Shown: positions 20,234 through 28,947 of the stretch, piece after piece | How the letters are laid out: every line of letters starts with the position of its first letter | Position numbering within the stretch: position 1 is the first letter of the stretch | Assembly: GCA_044344795.1 (NCBI GenBank) | Contig: JBIJCF010000002.1 | Location: 98,845-162,844 of the forward strand | Direction of reading: 5' to 3' | Length of the DNA: 64,000 bases | From: Bacteroidia bacterium | Lineage (GTDB): Bacteria; Bacteroidota; Bacteroidia; Palsa-965 | The notes under the pieces: model-generated | The model's input: the letters and a program-made list of their open reading frames with translations, nothing else | Database searches by the model: none | Told to the model about the DNA's origin: nothing | Program-made: the position numbers and the translations under genes

Positions 20234-21010
20234 TTAAGCAATCCCACGAATGATGCCGTCTTTAGAGTTACGAATGAACTCGAGGATGGTGTTTTTCTCA
20301 GGCGAATCAGGCGCTTCTTTTTCGATGATGGCAACCGCATTGGAAACGTTGAGTCCTTTCACATAAAGCGTTCTGTAAATATCCTCAATTTGAAGAATGC
20401 TTTCGTTGCTGAAACCGCGACGACGAAGTCCAACAGAGTTTACTCCAACGTATGCCAGTGGTTCGCGGGCAGCTTTTACAAATGGCGGTACGTTTTTACG
20501 AACACCACTTTGTCCTGCAACAAAACTATGCGCACCGATTTTTACAAACTGAGAAACACCAACATAACCTTCTAGAATTGCCCAATCTTCAATTTCCACG
20601 TGTCCTGCGACATTAACCGAGTTCGCAAGAATAACGTTGTTGCCTACTGCACAATCATGTGCAATGTGCACATATGCCATTAGCAGGCAATTAGCGCCTA
20701 CTGTTGTTTTAAAACGATCTTTAGTTCCGCGATTAATCGTAACACATTCACGGATCGTTGTGTTATCACCAATTTCTGTAGTGGTTTGTTCGCCTTCAAA
20801 TTTGAGATCTTGAGGAATCGCACTGATCACCGCGCCCGGAAAAATCCGGCAATCGTTACCGATACGCGCACCGTCCATGATTACTGCATGTGGACCAATC
20901 CAGCAGTTGCTTCCAATCACAACATCTGCAGTAATGTATGCAAACGGTTCAACAACAGTTCCCGCGCCTATTTTGGCGTCAGGATGTATGTGTGCCAGTG
21001 GTGATATCAT
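20234..21010 (-). CDS. lpxA: Acyl-ACP--UDP-N-acetylglucosamine O-acyltransferase
   Basis: [26 protein letters not shown], hexapeptide repeats and an LpxA C-terminal helical domain. Confidence 0.95.
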   Translation of the reverse strand: MISPLAHIHPDAKIGAGTVVEPFAYITADVVIGSNCWIGPHAVIMDGARIGNDCRIFPGAVISAIPQDLKFEGEQTTTEIGDNTTIRECVTINRGTKDRFKTTVGANCLLMAYVHIAHDCAVGNNVILANSVNVAGHVEIEDWAILEGYVGVSQFVKIGAHSFVAGQSGVRKNVPPFVKAAREPLAYVGVNSVGLRRRGFSNESILQIEDIYRTLYVKGLNVSNAVAIIEKEAPDSPEKNTILEFIRNSKDGIIRGIA

Positions 21011-22437
21011 ACTGTTGCTTTTTCGGCTTTAGCGGGTTCATTATTTCTAACTTTCACAATCTGAGCAAGCATGTCGGCTTCCGCTACTACTTTGCCGTTT
21101 ACGTATGTATAACCTTTCATGTGGCACAAGCCGCGTCTGATTGGATCTACTAAATCCAACTTGAAAACGCACGTATCGCCCGGAACAACTTTCTGTTTGA
21201 ATTTTACGCTTTCAATTTTCAGGAAATACGTCTGATAGTTTTCAGGATCAGGAACTGTTTTAAGACACAAGATTCCTCCTGTCTGTGCCATGGCCTCAAC
21301 CAACAATACGCCCGGCATTACAGGTTCGTCAGGGAAATGACCTTGAAACCAATATTCGTTCATGGTTACATTTTTTACACCGATAACATGTTGCGGTGAT
21401 AACTCCATGATCTTATCTACTAACAAGAAAGGGAAACGATGTGGAAGTATTTTCTGAATTTCACGAACATCATACAATGGTGTTTGATTCAGGTCGATAT
21501 GTAACTCGTTTTTCTTCTGCTTCTCTTTTTTAATCAACGCCTTTAACTTTTTCGCAAACTCGACATTTCCTGCATGACCGGGACGTGCAGCAAGAACATG
21601 GATTTTCATATGCATGCCCACCAGCGCCAAATCACCAACAATGTCCAGTAGTTTGTGGCGCGCCGGCTCGTTGTAGAAATGGAGTTGTACGTTATTCAAA
21701 ACCCCTCGTCCTTTAATTTCTACATCCGGCTTGTTGAATACTTTACGCAAATGATCCAATTTCTCGGATGAAACTTCCTTATCCACCAAAACGATCGCAT
21801 TATCCAAATCTCCGCCTTTGATCAGATTATGTTGTAACAAGGCTTCCAATTCGTGAAGAAATACAAATGTTCTGCACGGCGCAATTTGTTCTTTAAACTC
21901 ACTCAACTGATACATGCCGGCATGCTGCGTTCCTAAAACATCACTGTTGTAGTCCACCATCACCGTTACACGAAATTCATCTTGTGGCACTGCGAGCATT
22001 TCTACTTTCTTCACCGGATCTTCATACGTGAGATTCTCTTTCAAAATAAAGTACTCGCGTTCTGCGGACTGTTCTACAAATCCTGCTGACTCTAACGCCA
22101 TCATAAAGGGCATTGAACTGCCATCCATAATTGGTGTTTCAGGCCCCGACAAATCAATTAATACATTGTCTAAATCGCACCCCATCAATGCAGCCAACAC
22201 ATGTTCGGTGGTATAAACGCGCGCACCGTTTTTCTCCAATGTTGTACCACGTGCCGTATCTACGACGTTATCCGCATCAGCATCAATTACCGGTTGTCCG
22301 TCAACATCGGTTCGGCGAAATTTAAATCCGTGATGTTCAGGTGCTGGGTGGAACGTTAATGAAACCGGAGCGCCTGTATGTAAACCTTTGCCGGCAACAG
22401 AAACAGATTCACCAATGGTACGTTGTAATTTGCTCAT
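21007..22437 (-). CDS. lpxC/fabZ: Bifunctional UDP-3-O-acyl-GlcNAc deacetylase / 3-hydroxyacyl-ACP dehydratase
   Basis: N-terminal LpxC ([17 protein letters not shown]...HVLAAL) fused to a C-terminal FabZ hotdog domain ([13 protein letters not shown]...[13 protein letters not shown]). This is the typical Bacteroidota fusion. Confidence 0.95.
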   Translation of the reverse strand: MSKLQRTIGESVSVAGKGLHTGAPVSLTFHPAPEHHGFKFRRTDVDGQPVIDADADNVVDTARGTTLEKNGARVYTTEHVLAALMGCDLDNVLIDLSGPETPIMDGSSMPFMMALESAGFVEQSAEREYFILKENLTYEDPVKKVEMLAVPQDEFRVTVMVDYNSDVLGTQHAGMYQLSEFKEQIAPCRTFVFLHELEALLQHNLIKGGDLDNAIVLVDKEVSSEKLDHLRKVFNKPDVEIKGRGVLNNVQLHFYNEPARHKLLDIVGDLALVGMHMKIHVLAARPGHAGNVEFAKKLKALIKKEKQKKNELHIDLNQTPLYDVREIQKILPHRFPFLLVDKIMELSPQHVIGVKNVTMNEYWFQGHFPDEPVMPGVLLVEAMAQTGGILCLKTVPDPENYQTYFLKIESVKFKQKVVPGDTCVFKLDLVDPIRRGLCHMKGYTYVNGKVVAEADMLAQIVKVRNNEPAKAEKATV

Positions 22438-23486
22438 GGATGCGTTGAGTTATTCTTAAGCGATTGAATTTCTTTTTCTAAATCTTTGATTTTATTACTC
22501 AGCTGAGGTAAAGCGCGGAACATGACATACGAACGTTTGTAATCGCCAATGCCGAATGCCGGAGAACCTTGCACAATTTCGTTCTCTGCTATGTTCTGAC
22601 CAATTCCGGATTGCGCAGCTATTTTCACTCCATCACCAATTGTTAAGTGACCGATGATACCTACTTGTCCGCCAATCAGACAATTCTTGCCAATTTTTGT
22701 ACTGCCCGCAACGCCCGATTGTGAAGCGATGACTGTATTTTCTCCGATCTCAACATTATGGGCAATCTGAATCAGATTATCCAGTTTTACACCTTTGCGA
22801 ATAATAGTGGAACCTAACGTAGCTTTATCAATGGTGGTGTTTGCGCCTATTTCCACATGATCTTCAATGATCACATTGCCAATATGCGGAACTTTGCTGT
22901 AGTTGTTTTCACTGTTTGGCTGAAACCCAAAACCATCACCGCCAATAACTGCACCGGCTTGGACGATCACATCATTTCCGATCACACAATCGGCGTAAAT
23001 TTTAACACCTGCGTAAACAGTAGTTTTGGCTCCAATTTTCACCATGTCGCCAATAAAGCAGCCGGGGAAGATCTTCGTGTTACTTCCAATTTGCACATGC
23101 TCACCGACATAAGCTCCGGCACCAACATAAACACCTTCACCCAATTTTGCGGTAGCTGCAACAAATGCGCCTTGCTCAACACCGGTTTTATTATTTCTGA
23201 TGTTCATGTATGCTTCCAACAACTTGGCAAATGCCTGTCGTGCGTCAGCAACACGAATTAGTGTTAATGTGGAAGGTAATGCTTGTTCCGGAGTGAAATC
23301 ATTGTTTACGATAGCAACAGTAGCACCTGTAGTGTAGATATACTGGGTGTATGCAGGATTGGATAAAAATGTCAGCGTCCCGGAGACACCCTCCTCAATT
23401 TTCGCAAGTCCGGAAACTTCTGCTTCAGGATTTCCTGCAACAGAACCACCAAGCATGCCTGCAATTTGTTGTGCGGTAAACTTCAT
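22434..23486 (-). CDS. lpxD: UDP-3-O-acylglucosamine N-acyltransferase
   Basis: [14 protein letters not shown]...[14 protein letters not shown] followed by hexapeptide repeats; 350 aa. It overlaps lpxC/fabZ by 4 nt. Confidence 0.95.
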   Translation of the reverse strand: MKFTAQQIAGMLGGSVAGNPEAEVSGLAKIEEGVSGTLTFLSNPAYTQYIYTTGATVAIVNNDFTPEQALPSTLTLIRVADARQAFAKLLEAYMNIRNNKTGVEQGAFVAATAKLGEGVYVGAGAYVGEHVQIGSNTKIFPGCFIGDMVKIGAKTTVYAGVKIYADCVIGNDVIVQAGAVIGGDGFGFQPNSENNYSKVPHIGNVIIEDHVEIGANTTIDKATLGSTIIRKGVKLDNLIQIAHNVEIGENTVIASQSGVAGSTKIGKNCLIGGQVGIIGHLTIGDGVKIAAQSGIGQNIAENEIVQGSPAFGIGDYKRSYVMFRALPQLSNKIKDLEKEIQSLKNNSTHP

Positions 23487-23564
23487 CGTCCAAAAATAAC
23501 AAAAATGCAGCCTCGTAATGCGTGTGGTAGTTGATGTCGGTAAGACGTCGTTAAATTGCCATCA

Positions 23565-23598
23565 TTTGTAATGTTAGCGAGGTTAAAACATATATTTG
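23565..23598 (+). promoter_or_regulatory. Possible Bacteroidota sigma-A-type promoter for the radical SAM operon
   Basis: TTTG at 23565-23568 and TATATTTG at 23591-23598 match the -33 TTTG / -7 TAnnTTTG consensus with 22-nt spacing. If real, the true start of the first gene is probably GTG 23608 rather than TTG 23596. Confidence 0.3.
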
Positions 23599-25110
23599 CG
23601 CAAACCCGTGGCTGTGTCGCTGATTCTTTTTAATCCTTTTGCTACTTCTCACAATCCACGCATTCCGAACAGTGTTTTGCAGGTTGCTGCTGCTATTGAC
23701 GGTAAATATGAGTGGGTGATAGTAGATGGCAATAAAGAAAAGGATCCATGGATTGCTATCCGTGAATATCTCAAAACCGGACAATACAAGTTTTTCGGAT
23801 GTACGGTAATGCCCGGTCCGCAATTGCGTCAAGCCATCCCGATAGCTAAAAAGGTTCGTGAAGAATTTCCGGATGTTAAAATTATTTGGGGTGGATATTT
23901 TCCATCTAATCATCCCCGTCCCGTTTTGTTCAGCGGTTATGTGGACGTGATTGTCAACGGAATGGGTGATAAGTGTTTTCCGATGTTGCTGGATGCATTA
24001 CAATCGAATTCAGCATTGGATGAAATTCCCAATTTGATTTTTCGCAAAGGAGAGCAACTGATAACAACCCGTAAAGAAGAAATTCTTGATCAGGAAAATT
24101 TCCCTGATTTGCCGTACGAAAAGCTGAACCGGTTTTACCCCATGAGTCGCTATCTCGTGCGAACATATTTAGGCTCTAAAACTATCGCCTATCATAGTAG
24201 TCACGGTTGTCCGTTTACCTGTTCATTTTGCGCCGTAGTTCCGATCTACAATGCTCGATGGAAGGGCCAGTCGGCAGAAAAAATTTATCGTAATGTTAAA
24301 CGGGTAAAGGAATTGTATGGCGGGAATGCCGTGGAGTTTCACGATAATAACTTCTTCGTTTCTGAAAAACGTACCGTTGACTTTGCGCGGTTAGTGAAAC
24401 CGGATAACATGATCTGGTGGGGAGAAGGGCGGATAGATACAATAGACAAGTATAAAGATGAGTCGCTTAAAATAATGCGTGAGTCGGGTTGTAAGATGAT
24501 CTTTTTCGGCGCTGAAACCGGCAGTGATGCGTTGCTGCAGAAAATGGACAAAGGCGGAACACAATCGCGAGAACAAATTATTCGATTTGCAAAACGCATG
24601 AAGGAAGTGGACATCATTCCGGAATATTCCTTTGTGCTTGGCTTTCCCGCTGATAGCGAAGAAATAGTTGCGCGATTAATACGCGAAGAAATTCAATTTA
24701 TTAAAGAAATTAAACTCGCGAATCCGAATACTGAAATTATAATTTACATTTATTCTCCTGTGCCTACCGAGAACAGCGAGTTGTACAACGAAGTACGTAA
24801 AACAGGATTCCAATTTCCTGAAAAGTTGGAGGACTGGATCAGCCCGCAATGGGAGAATTTTGATTTGAGAAAGAATCCTTTAACACCATGGCTCAAGCCA
24901 TACATGGTGGATCAGATCAAGAATTTTGAAACGGTATTGAATGGTTATTATCCTACTGTTTCCGATGTTCGTTTAAAGCCATGGCAAAAGAAGTTATTGC
25001 GCTTAATTTCGACATGGAGATATAAAATGAATTTGTTCTCCTATCCATACGAAATTAAGGTGCTCCAGAAATTATGGAAATACAGACAACCGGAAACTGA
25101 AGGATTTTGA
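23596..25110 (+). CDS. B12-binding-domain radical SAM protein (paralogue A, divergent)
   Basis: N-terminal Rossmann-like B12-binding region, a GCPFTCSFCAV CxxxCxxC cluster and GAETGSDALLQKMDKG. Start uncertain (TTG 23596 or GTG 23608). Confidence 0.85.
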   Translation: MRKPVAVSLILFNPFATSHNPRIPNSVLQVAAAIDGKYEWVIVDGNKEKDPWIAIREYLKTGQYKFFGCTVMPGPQLRQAIPIAKKVREEFPDVKIIWGGYFPSNHPRPVLFSGYVDVIVNGMGDKCFPMLLDALQSNSALDEIPNLIFRKGEQLITTRKEEILDQENFPDLPYEKLNRFYPMSRYLVRTYLGSKTIAYHSSHGCPFTCSFCAVVPIYNARWKGQSAEKIYRNVKRVKELYGGNAVEFHDNNFFVSEKRTVDFARLVKPDNMIWWGEGRIDTIDKYKDESLKIMRESGCKMIFFGAETGSDALLQKMDKGGTQSREQIIRFAKRMKEVDIIPEYSFVLGFPADSEEIVARLIREEIQFIKEIKLANPNTEIIIYIYSPVPTENSELYNEVRKTGFQFPEKLEDWISPQWENFDLRKNPLTPWLKPYMVDQIKNFETVLNGYYPTVSDVRLKPWQKKLLRLISTWRYKMNLFSYPYEIKVLQKLWKYRQPETEGF

Positions 25111-25796
25111 TTGACAATGTAAAACGAGCTGTTGCCCGCTATGTGGTAAAACCATGGGTTATTCGTTATTTACGAAAGCCGCGTCAATTTCAATTCCACG
25201 AATTGCGATTGCATATTGAGCCCGGTGTATTTCATCCGAGATTTTTTTTCAGTTCCCTGTTTTTTTCTGAATTCGTTCGCGAATTGAATTTGAAAGGCAA
25301 ATGTGTGGGTGAACCATGTTGCGGTAGCGGAATCATTGGCTTAACTGCGGCAATTCAAGGTGCAGAAGTTTTTTGCGGCGATATTGATCAACGTGCCGTA
25401 AAGAGTGTTCAGCGTAGTGTAGAATTGAACGAAGGAATTCTTGAAAAGAAAAATGTTCACATTCTTCATTCTGATGGTTTCGCCCAATTTCCGGACATCA
25501 ACTATGATTATATTTTCGTTAATCCGCCGTATTTTTTTAAGGCGGTGGAAAATCAAGCACAGTTAGCGTGGAATGCCGGAACGGAAGGAGAATTCTTTGT
25601 GCGTTTTTTTAGTGGTGTAGATAAAATTATATCGCCGACTACTAAAACGTACATGGTGCTTGCCGATAATTGTGAGTTGGATAAAATTCAGGCAATAGCA
25701 AAGCAATTCGATTTTTTATTGAAAGAACACCGCCGGAAGAAAATTCACTGGGAGGTTAACTATATCTTTGAAATTGTTAAGCAAGCCCATGAGTAA
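25107..25796 (+). CDS. Class I SAM-dependent methyltransferase of the NPPY (amino-group methylating) type
   Basis: GEPCCGSGIIGL (motif I) and FVNPPYF (motif IV), as in the HemK/PrmC, RsmC/D and N6-adenine methyltransferase families. TTG start overlaps the upstream stop by 4 nt. Confidence 0.7.
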   Translation: MIDNVKRAVARYVVKPWVIRYLRKPRQFQFHELRLHIEPGVFHPRFFFSSLFFSEFVRELNLKGKCVGEPCCGSGIIGLTAAIQGAEVFCGDIDQRAVKSVQRSVELNEGILEKKNVHILHSDGFAQFPDINYDYIFVNPPYFFKAVENQAQLAWNAGTEGEFFVRFFSGVDKIISPTTKTYMVLADNCELDKIQAIAKQFDFLLKEHRRKKIHWEVNYIFEIVKQAHE

Positions 25797-26745
25797 ATTT
25801 TCTGTGCAGGAGTTGGCGGTGTTACGCGCGTTGGCGTACTACGATATTTTTCGATTTCCTTTAACAATCGAAGAGGTGCGTTTAAATGCGGCGTTGTCAA
25901 TGAATCAGGAAGAGACACGTGAAGTGCTGAGAACCTTGTTGGCGAATGGTTGTGTTGAGAGCAACGGCGAATTCTTTGGGCTGCGTGGTTCACTCGAAAA
26001 CAATATTGCACAAAGATATCTAGGAGAACAGCGTAGAGCAGCGGTTGAAGGTAAAGTTCAACGTTACAGTCGTCGTATCATGCGTTTCCCTTTTGTAGAG
26101 GCGGTAGCCATTTCAGGATCTTACTCAAAAGGTGTTCTGTCGGAAGATGGTGATATAGATTACTTCATTATTACAAGTCAGGGTCGATTATGGATTTGCA
26201 GAACGTTGTTGATCTTGTATAAGAAGATTTTTTTGTTGAACTCAAGAAAGTTCTTTTGTGTAAATTATTTCATTGATACGGGTCATTTGTTAATTCCCGA
26301 TCAGAATCTTTTTACCGCGACAGAAGTCAAGTATTTATTGCCGGTTGGCAACTCCAATGCGATGCAGCAGTTCTACGAGGCTAACGACTGGACGAATAAC
26401 TATTTGCCCAACAAGCATACCACAGTGGCCATGCAAACAGACATACATAAAAAATCGATCTTGTCGCAAATGGTTCAGTCGATTTTTACTAAAAATGTAG
26501 GGGATCGGATCGATTATCAATTAATGCGATTAACCTTACGCAGATGGAAGAAGAAGTTTCCGCATTTTGATGAATCTGATTTTGATTTAAATATGAGAAC
26601 TCGGAAAAATGTATCTAAACATCACCCTCAAGGCTTCCAGGAAAAAGTCCTTGACGCATTGGCTGTTAAGATGCAAGAGTTGGAAGCTTTAAATTTGTAC
26701 ACGAGAGAGAATGAAATTCAAACTTCAAATTCTTCGGTTAGGTGA
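25768..26745 (+). CDS. Hypothetical protein with a Pol-beta-type nucleotidyltransferase-fold signature
   Basis: ISGSYSKGVLSEDGDIDYFII fits hG[GS]x9-13Dh[DE]h. The start is either TTG 25768 or, more likely, ATG 25789 (MSKFSVQELAVL), which overlaps the upstream stop as ATGAGTAA. Confidence 0.5.
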   Translation: MKLLSKPMSKFSVQELAVLRALAYYDIFRFPLTIEEVRLNAALSMNQEETREVLRTLLANGCVESNGEFFGLRGSLENNIAQRYLGEQRRAAVEGKVQRYSRRIMRFPFVEAVAISGSYSKGVLSEDGDIDYFIITSQGRLWICRTLLILYKKIFLLNSRKFFCVNYFIDTGHLLIPDQNLFTATEVKYLLPVGNSNAMQQFYEANDWTNNYLPNKHTTVAMQTDIHKKSILSQMVQSIFTKNVGDRIDYQLMRLTLRRWKKKFPHFDESDFDLNMRTRKNVSKHHPQGFQEKVLDALAVKMQELEALNLYTRENEIQTSNSSVR

Positions 26746-28184
26746 AAGTACTTTTAACACATTCCTATTTTTTGCGCTTCGATCCTAAGCAATTGAAAGC
26801 GGGAATGCCCTATCCGCCCTTGGGTACGTTGTTTGCTGCTGCTGTTCTTCGTGAGCGAGGACATGAAGTTAGAGTGCACGATATTCAACTTGCCGCAGGT
26901 CCGGAAGAAGTGCTCACCACGTTACAAAATTTCAAACCTGATGTTTTCGTAATTTATGATGATGGTTTTAATTACCTCACCAAAATGTGTCTTACGAATA
27001 TGCGGGAGGCAGCCTGGAAAATGCAAAATTGGGCTAAAGGACTGGGCTGTAAAGTTGTGGTGAGTAGTTCGGATTCAACGGATCATGCGGAAAAATATTT
27101 AGAGCATGGTGCGGATGTAGTCATTATCGGTGAAGCAGAAACCACCTTATCCGAATTGTTGGAAGCGTGGCAGAAGGATGCGGATATCGGAGTGATAAAG
27201 GGAACTGCCCGCATAGTCGCTGGGGCTGTCGTAAAATCTCCAAAACGCGATGTGTTGAAGGATTTGGACCAACTTCCGGAACCTGCGTGGGATATGTTGG
27301 ATATTGCGCCATACCGCACTATGTGGATGGAAAGGCACGGGTATTTTTCGATTAATATGGTGACCACACGAGGTTGCCCGTATAAGTGCAACTGGTGTGC
27401 AAAACCGATATACGGAAACCGATATAATTCTCATAGCGCACGGCGTGTGGTGAAGCAATTGAAAGCGTTGCAACAGAAATTTCAATTTACGCACGTGTGG
27501 TTTGCTGATGATATTTTTGGGTTGAAGCCCGGTTGGCTGAACGCATTCAGACAGGAGGTTGAGCGCGAAAAATTGAAGATTAAATATAAAATACAATCGC
27601 GTGCTGATTTGTTGTTGGAAGAAAATAATATTCAGGATTTAGCAGCATCGGGATGTGAAGAAGTATGGATGGGAGCGGAGAGTGGATCGCAAAAGATATT
27701 GGATGCAATGGATAAAGGGACGCGTGTAGAGCAAATAGCGGAAGCTTCTGCATTGCTGAAGCGCAATGGTATCCGCCCTGGATTTTTTCTACAGTTTGGA
27801 TATCCGGGAGAAACATTACAAGATATTCGTGCTACCATCGATATGGTGCATCAACTCTTGCCGGCTGATATTGGTGTTTCGGTTTCTTACCCCTTGCCGG
27901 GAACGCCATTTTATGAGCGTGTTAAGGAGGAACTTAAACAGAAATCGAATTGGACAGATAGTGATGAATTGGCATTGATGTTTAAAAATGAATATCCTCC
28001 GCAGTTTTATAAATTGTTACATCGTTATGTTCACCATTCGTACCGAAAGCGCCAATATGCACAAGGTGAAATGCGCAAAAGTGCGATGAAGCGTGTACTT
28101 GGTGAAACCTATCACGGCTATAAATCACAAGCGTTACGAAAACAATTGGCTCGAATAGTACCGGCTGCATATGAGTGGATTTGA
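26742..28184 (+). CDS. B12-binding-domain radical SAM protein (paralogue B)
   Basis: MKVLLTHSYFLRFDPKQ...PYPPLGTLF N-terminus, GCPYKCNWCAK cluster and VWMGAESGSQKILDAMDKG. Confidence 0.85.
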   Translation: MKVLLTHSYFLRFDPKQLKAGMPYPPLGTLFAAAVLRERGHEVRVHDIQLAAGPEEVLTTLQNFKPDVFVIYDDGFNYLTKMCLTNMREAAWKMQNWAKGLGCKVVVSSSDSTDHAEKYLEHGADVVIIGEAETTLSELLEAWQKDADIGVIKGTARIVAGAVVKSPKRDVLKDLDQLPEPAWDMLDIAPYRTMWMERHGYFSINMVTTRGCPYKCNWCAKPIYGNRYNSHSARRVVKQLKALQQKFQFTHVWFADDIFGLKPGWLNAFRQEVEREKLKIKYKIQSRADLLLEENNIQDLAASGCEEVWMGAESGSQKILDAMDKGTRVEQIAEASALLKRNGIRPGFFLQFGYPGETLQDIRATIDMVHQLLPADIGVSVSYPLPGTPFYERVKEELKQKSNWTDSDELALMFKNEYPPQFYKLLHRYVHHSYRKRQYAQGEMRKSAMKRVLGETYHGYKSQALRKQLARIVPAAYEWI

Positions 28185-28947
28185 TCAACATGCATTGGCA
28201 TATGATGCTGAGTTCACGCAAACACTAATTGGTAAAGCGCAACGCGATAGCGTGTATCGTTTTTTAGCAAAACGACTGGGCATGAACAGCACTGTTTTAG
28301 AGTTGAATTGCGGAACCGGTGAAGATGCGTTGTGGTTTGCTCATCGTGGGCATCGCGTTGTAGCTACGGATATTTCGGAGGTGATGTTGAAGCGAGCGCG
28401 GGAGAAAGCCGAACACCTACAACAAATAATTTTTAAACAGGCTGATCTCACTCATCCGGAACAATTACCGGACATCAGTGCAGATTTAATCTTTTCCAAT
28501 TTTGGCGGACTCAATTGTCTTAGCCCGCAGCATTTAACGCGTCTGTCTCCGGCACTGGCAGCGCGTATTGAACCGGGAGGTCGTTTCATTGCAGTGGTGA
28601 TGGGTAAAAGTTGCACATGGGAACAAATTTATTTTTCCCTAAAGGCTAAGCGTGCTTGGTCGCGAAAGTCTGAACAACCTGTTGCCGCGCACGTGGCCGG
28701 TGAGATCGTCAATACTTGGTATTACACTCCTCAGGAGTTTTATGGCTTTTTTAGTGCTAGTTTCCGAATGGGTGCTGTTAAGCCTATAGGCCTTTTTGTT
28801 CCGCCCTCTTACCTTAATCCGTATTTTAAAAATAAGCCCGCAATGTTTGGTGTATTGCGTACATTGGATCGTAGTCTGGCACATTTTAAATTTCAAGCTG
28901 ATTTTGCAGATCATTACATAATTGAATTGATCCCACGTGTATCATGA
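28171..28947 (+). CDS. Class I SAM-dependent methyltransferase (Methyltransf_11/25-like)
   Basis: VLELNCGTGEDALWFA motif I and DLIFSNFGGLNCL. Confidence 0.8.
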   Translation: MSGFDQHALAYDAEFTQTLIGKAQRDSVYRFLAKRLGMNSTVLELNCGTGEDALWFAHRGHRVVATDISEVMLKRAREKAEHLQQIIFKQADLTHPEQLPDISADLIFSNFGGLNCLSPQHLTRLSPALAARIEPGGRFIAVVMGKSCTWEQIYFSLKAKRAWSRKSEQPVAAHVAGEIVNTWYYTPQEFYGFFSASFRMGAVKPIGLFVPPSYLNPYFKNKPAMFGVLRTLDRSLAHFKFQADFADHYIIELIPRVS

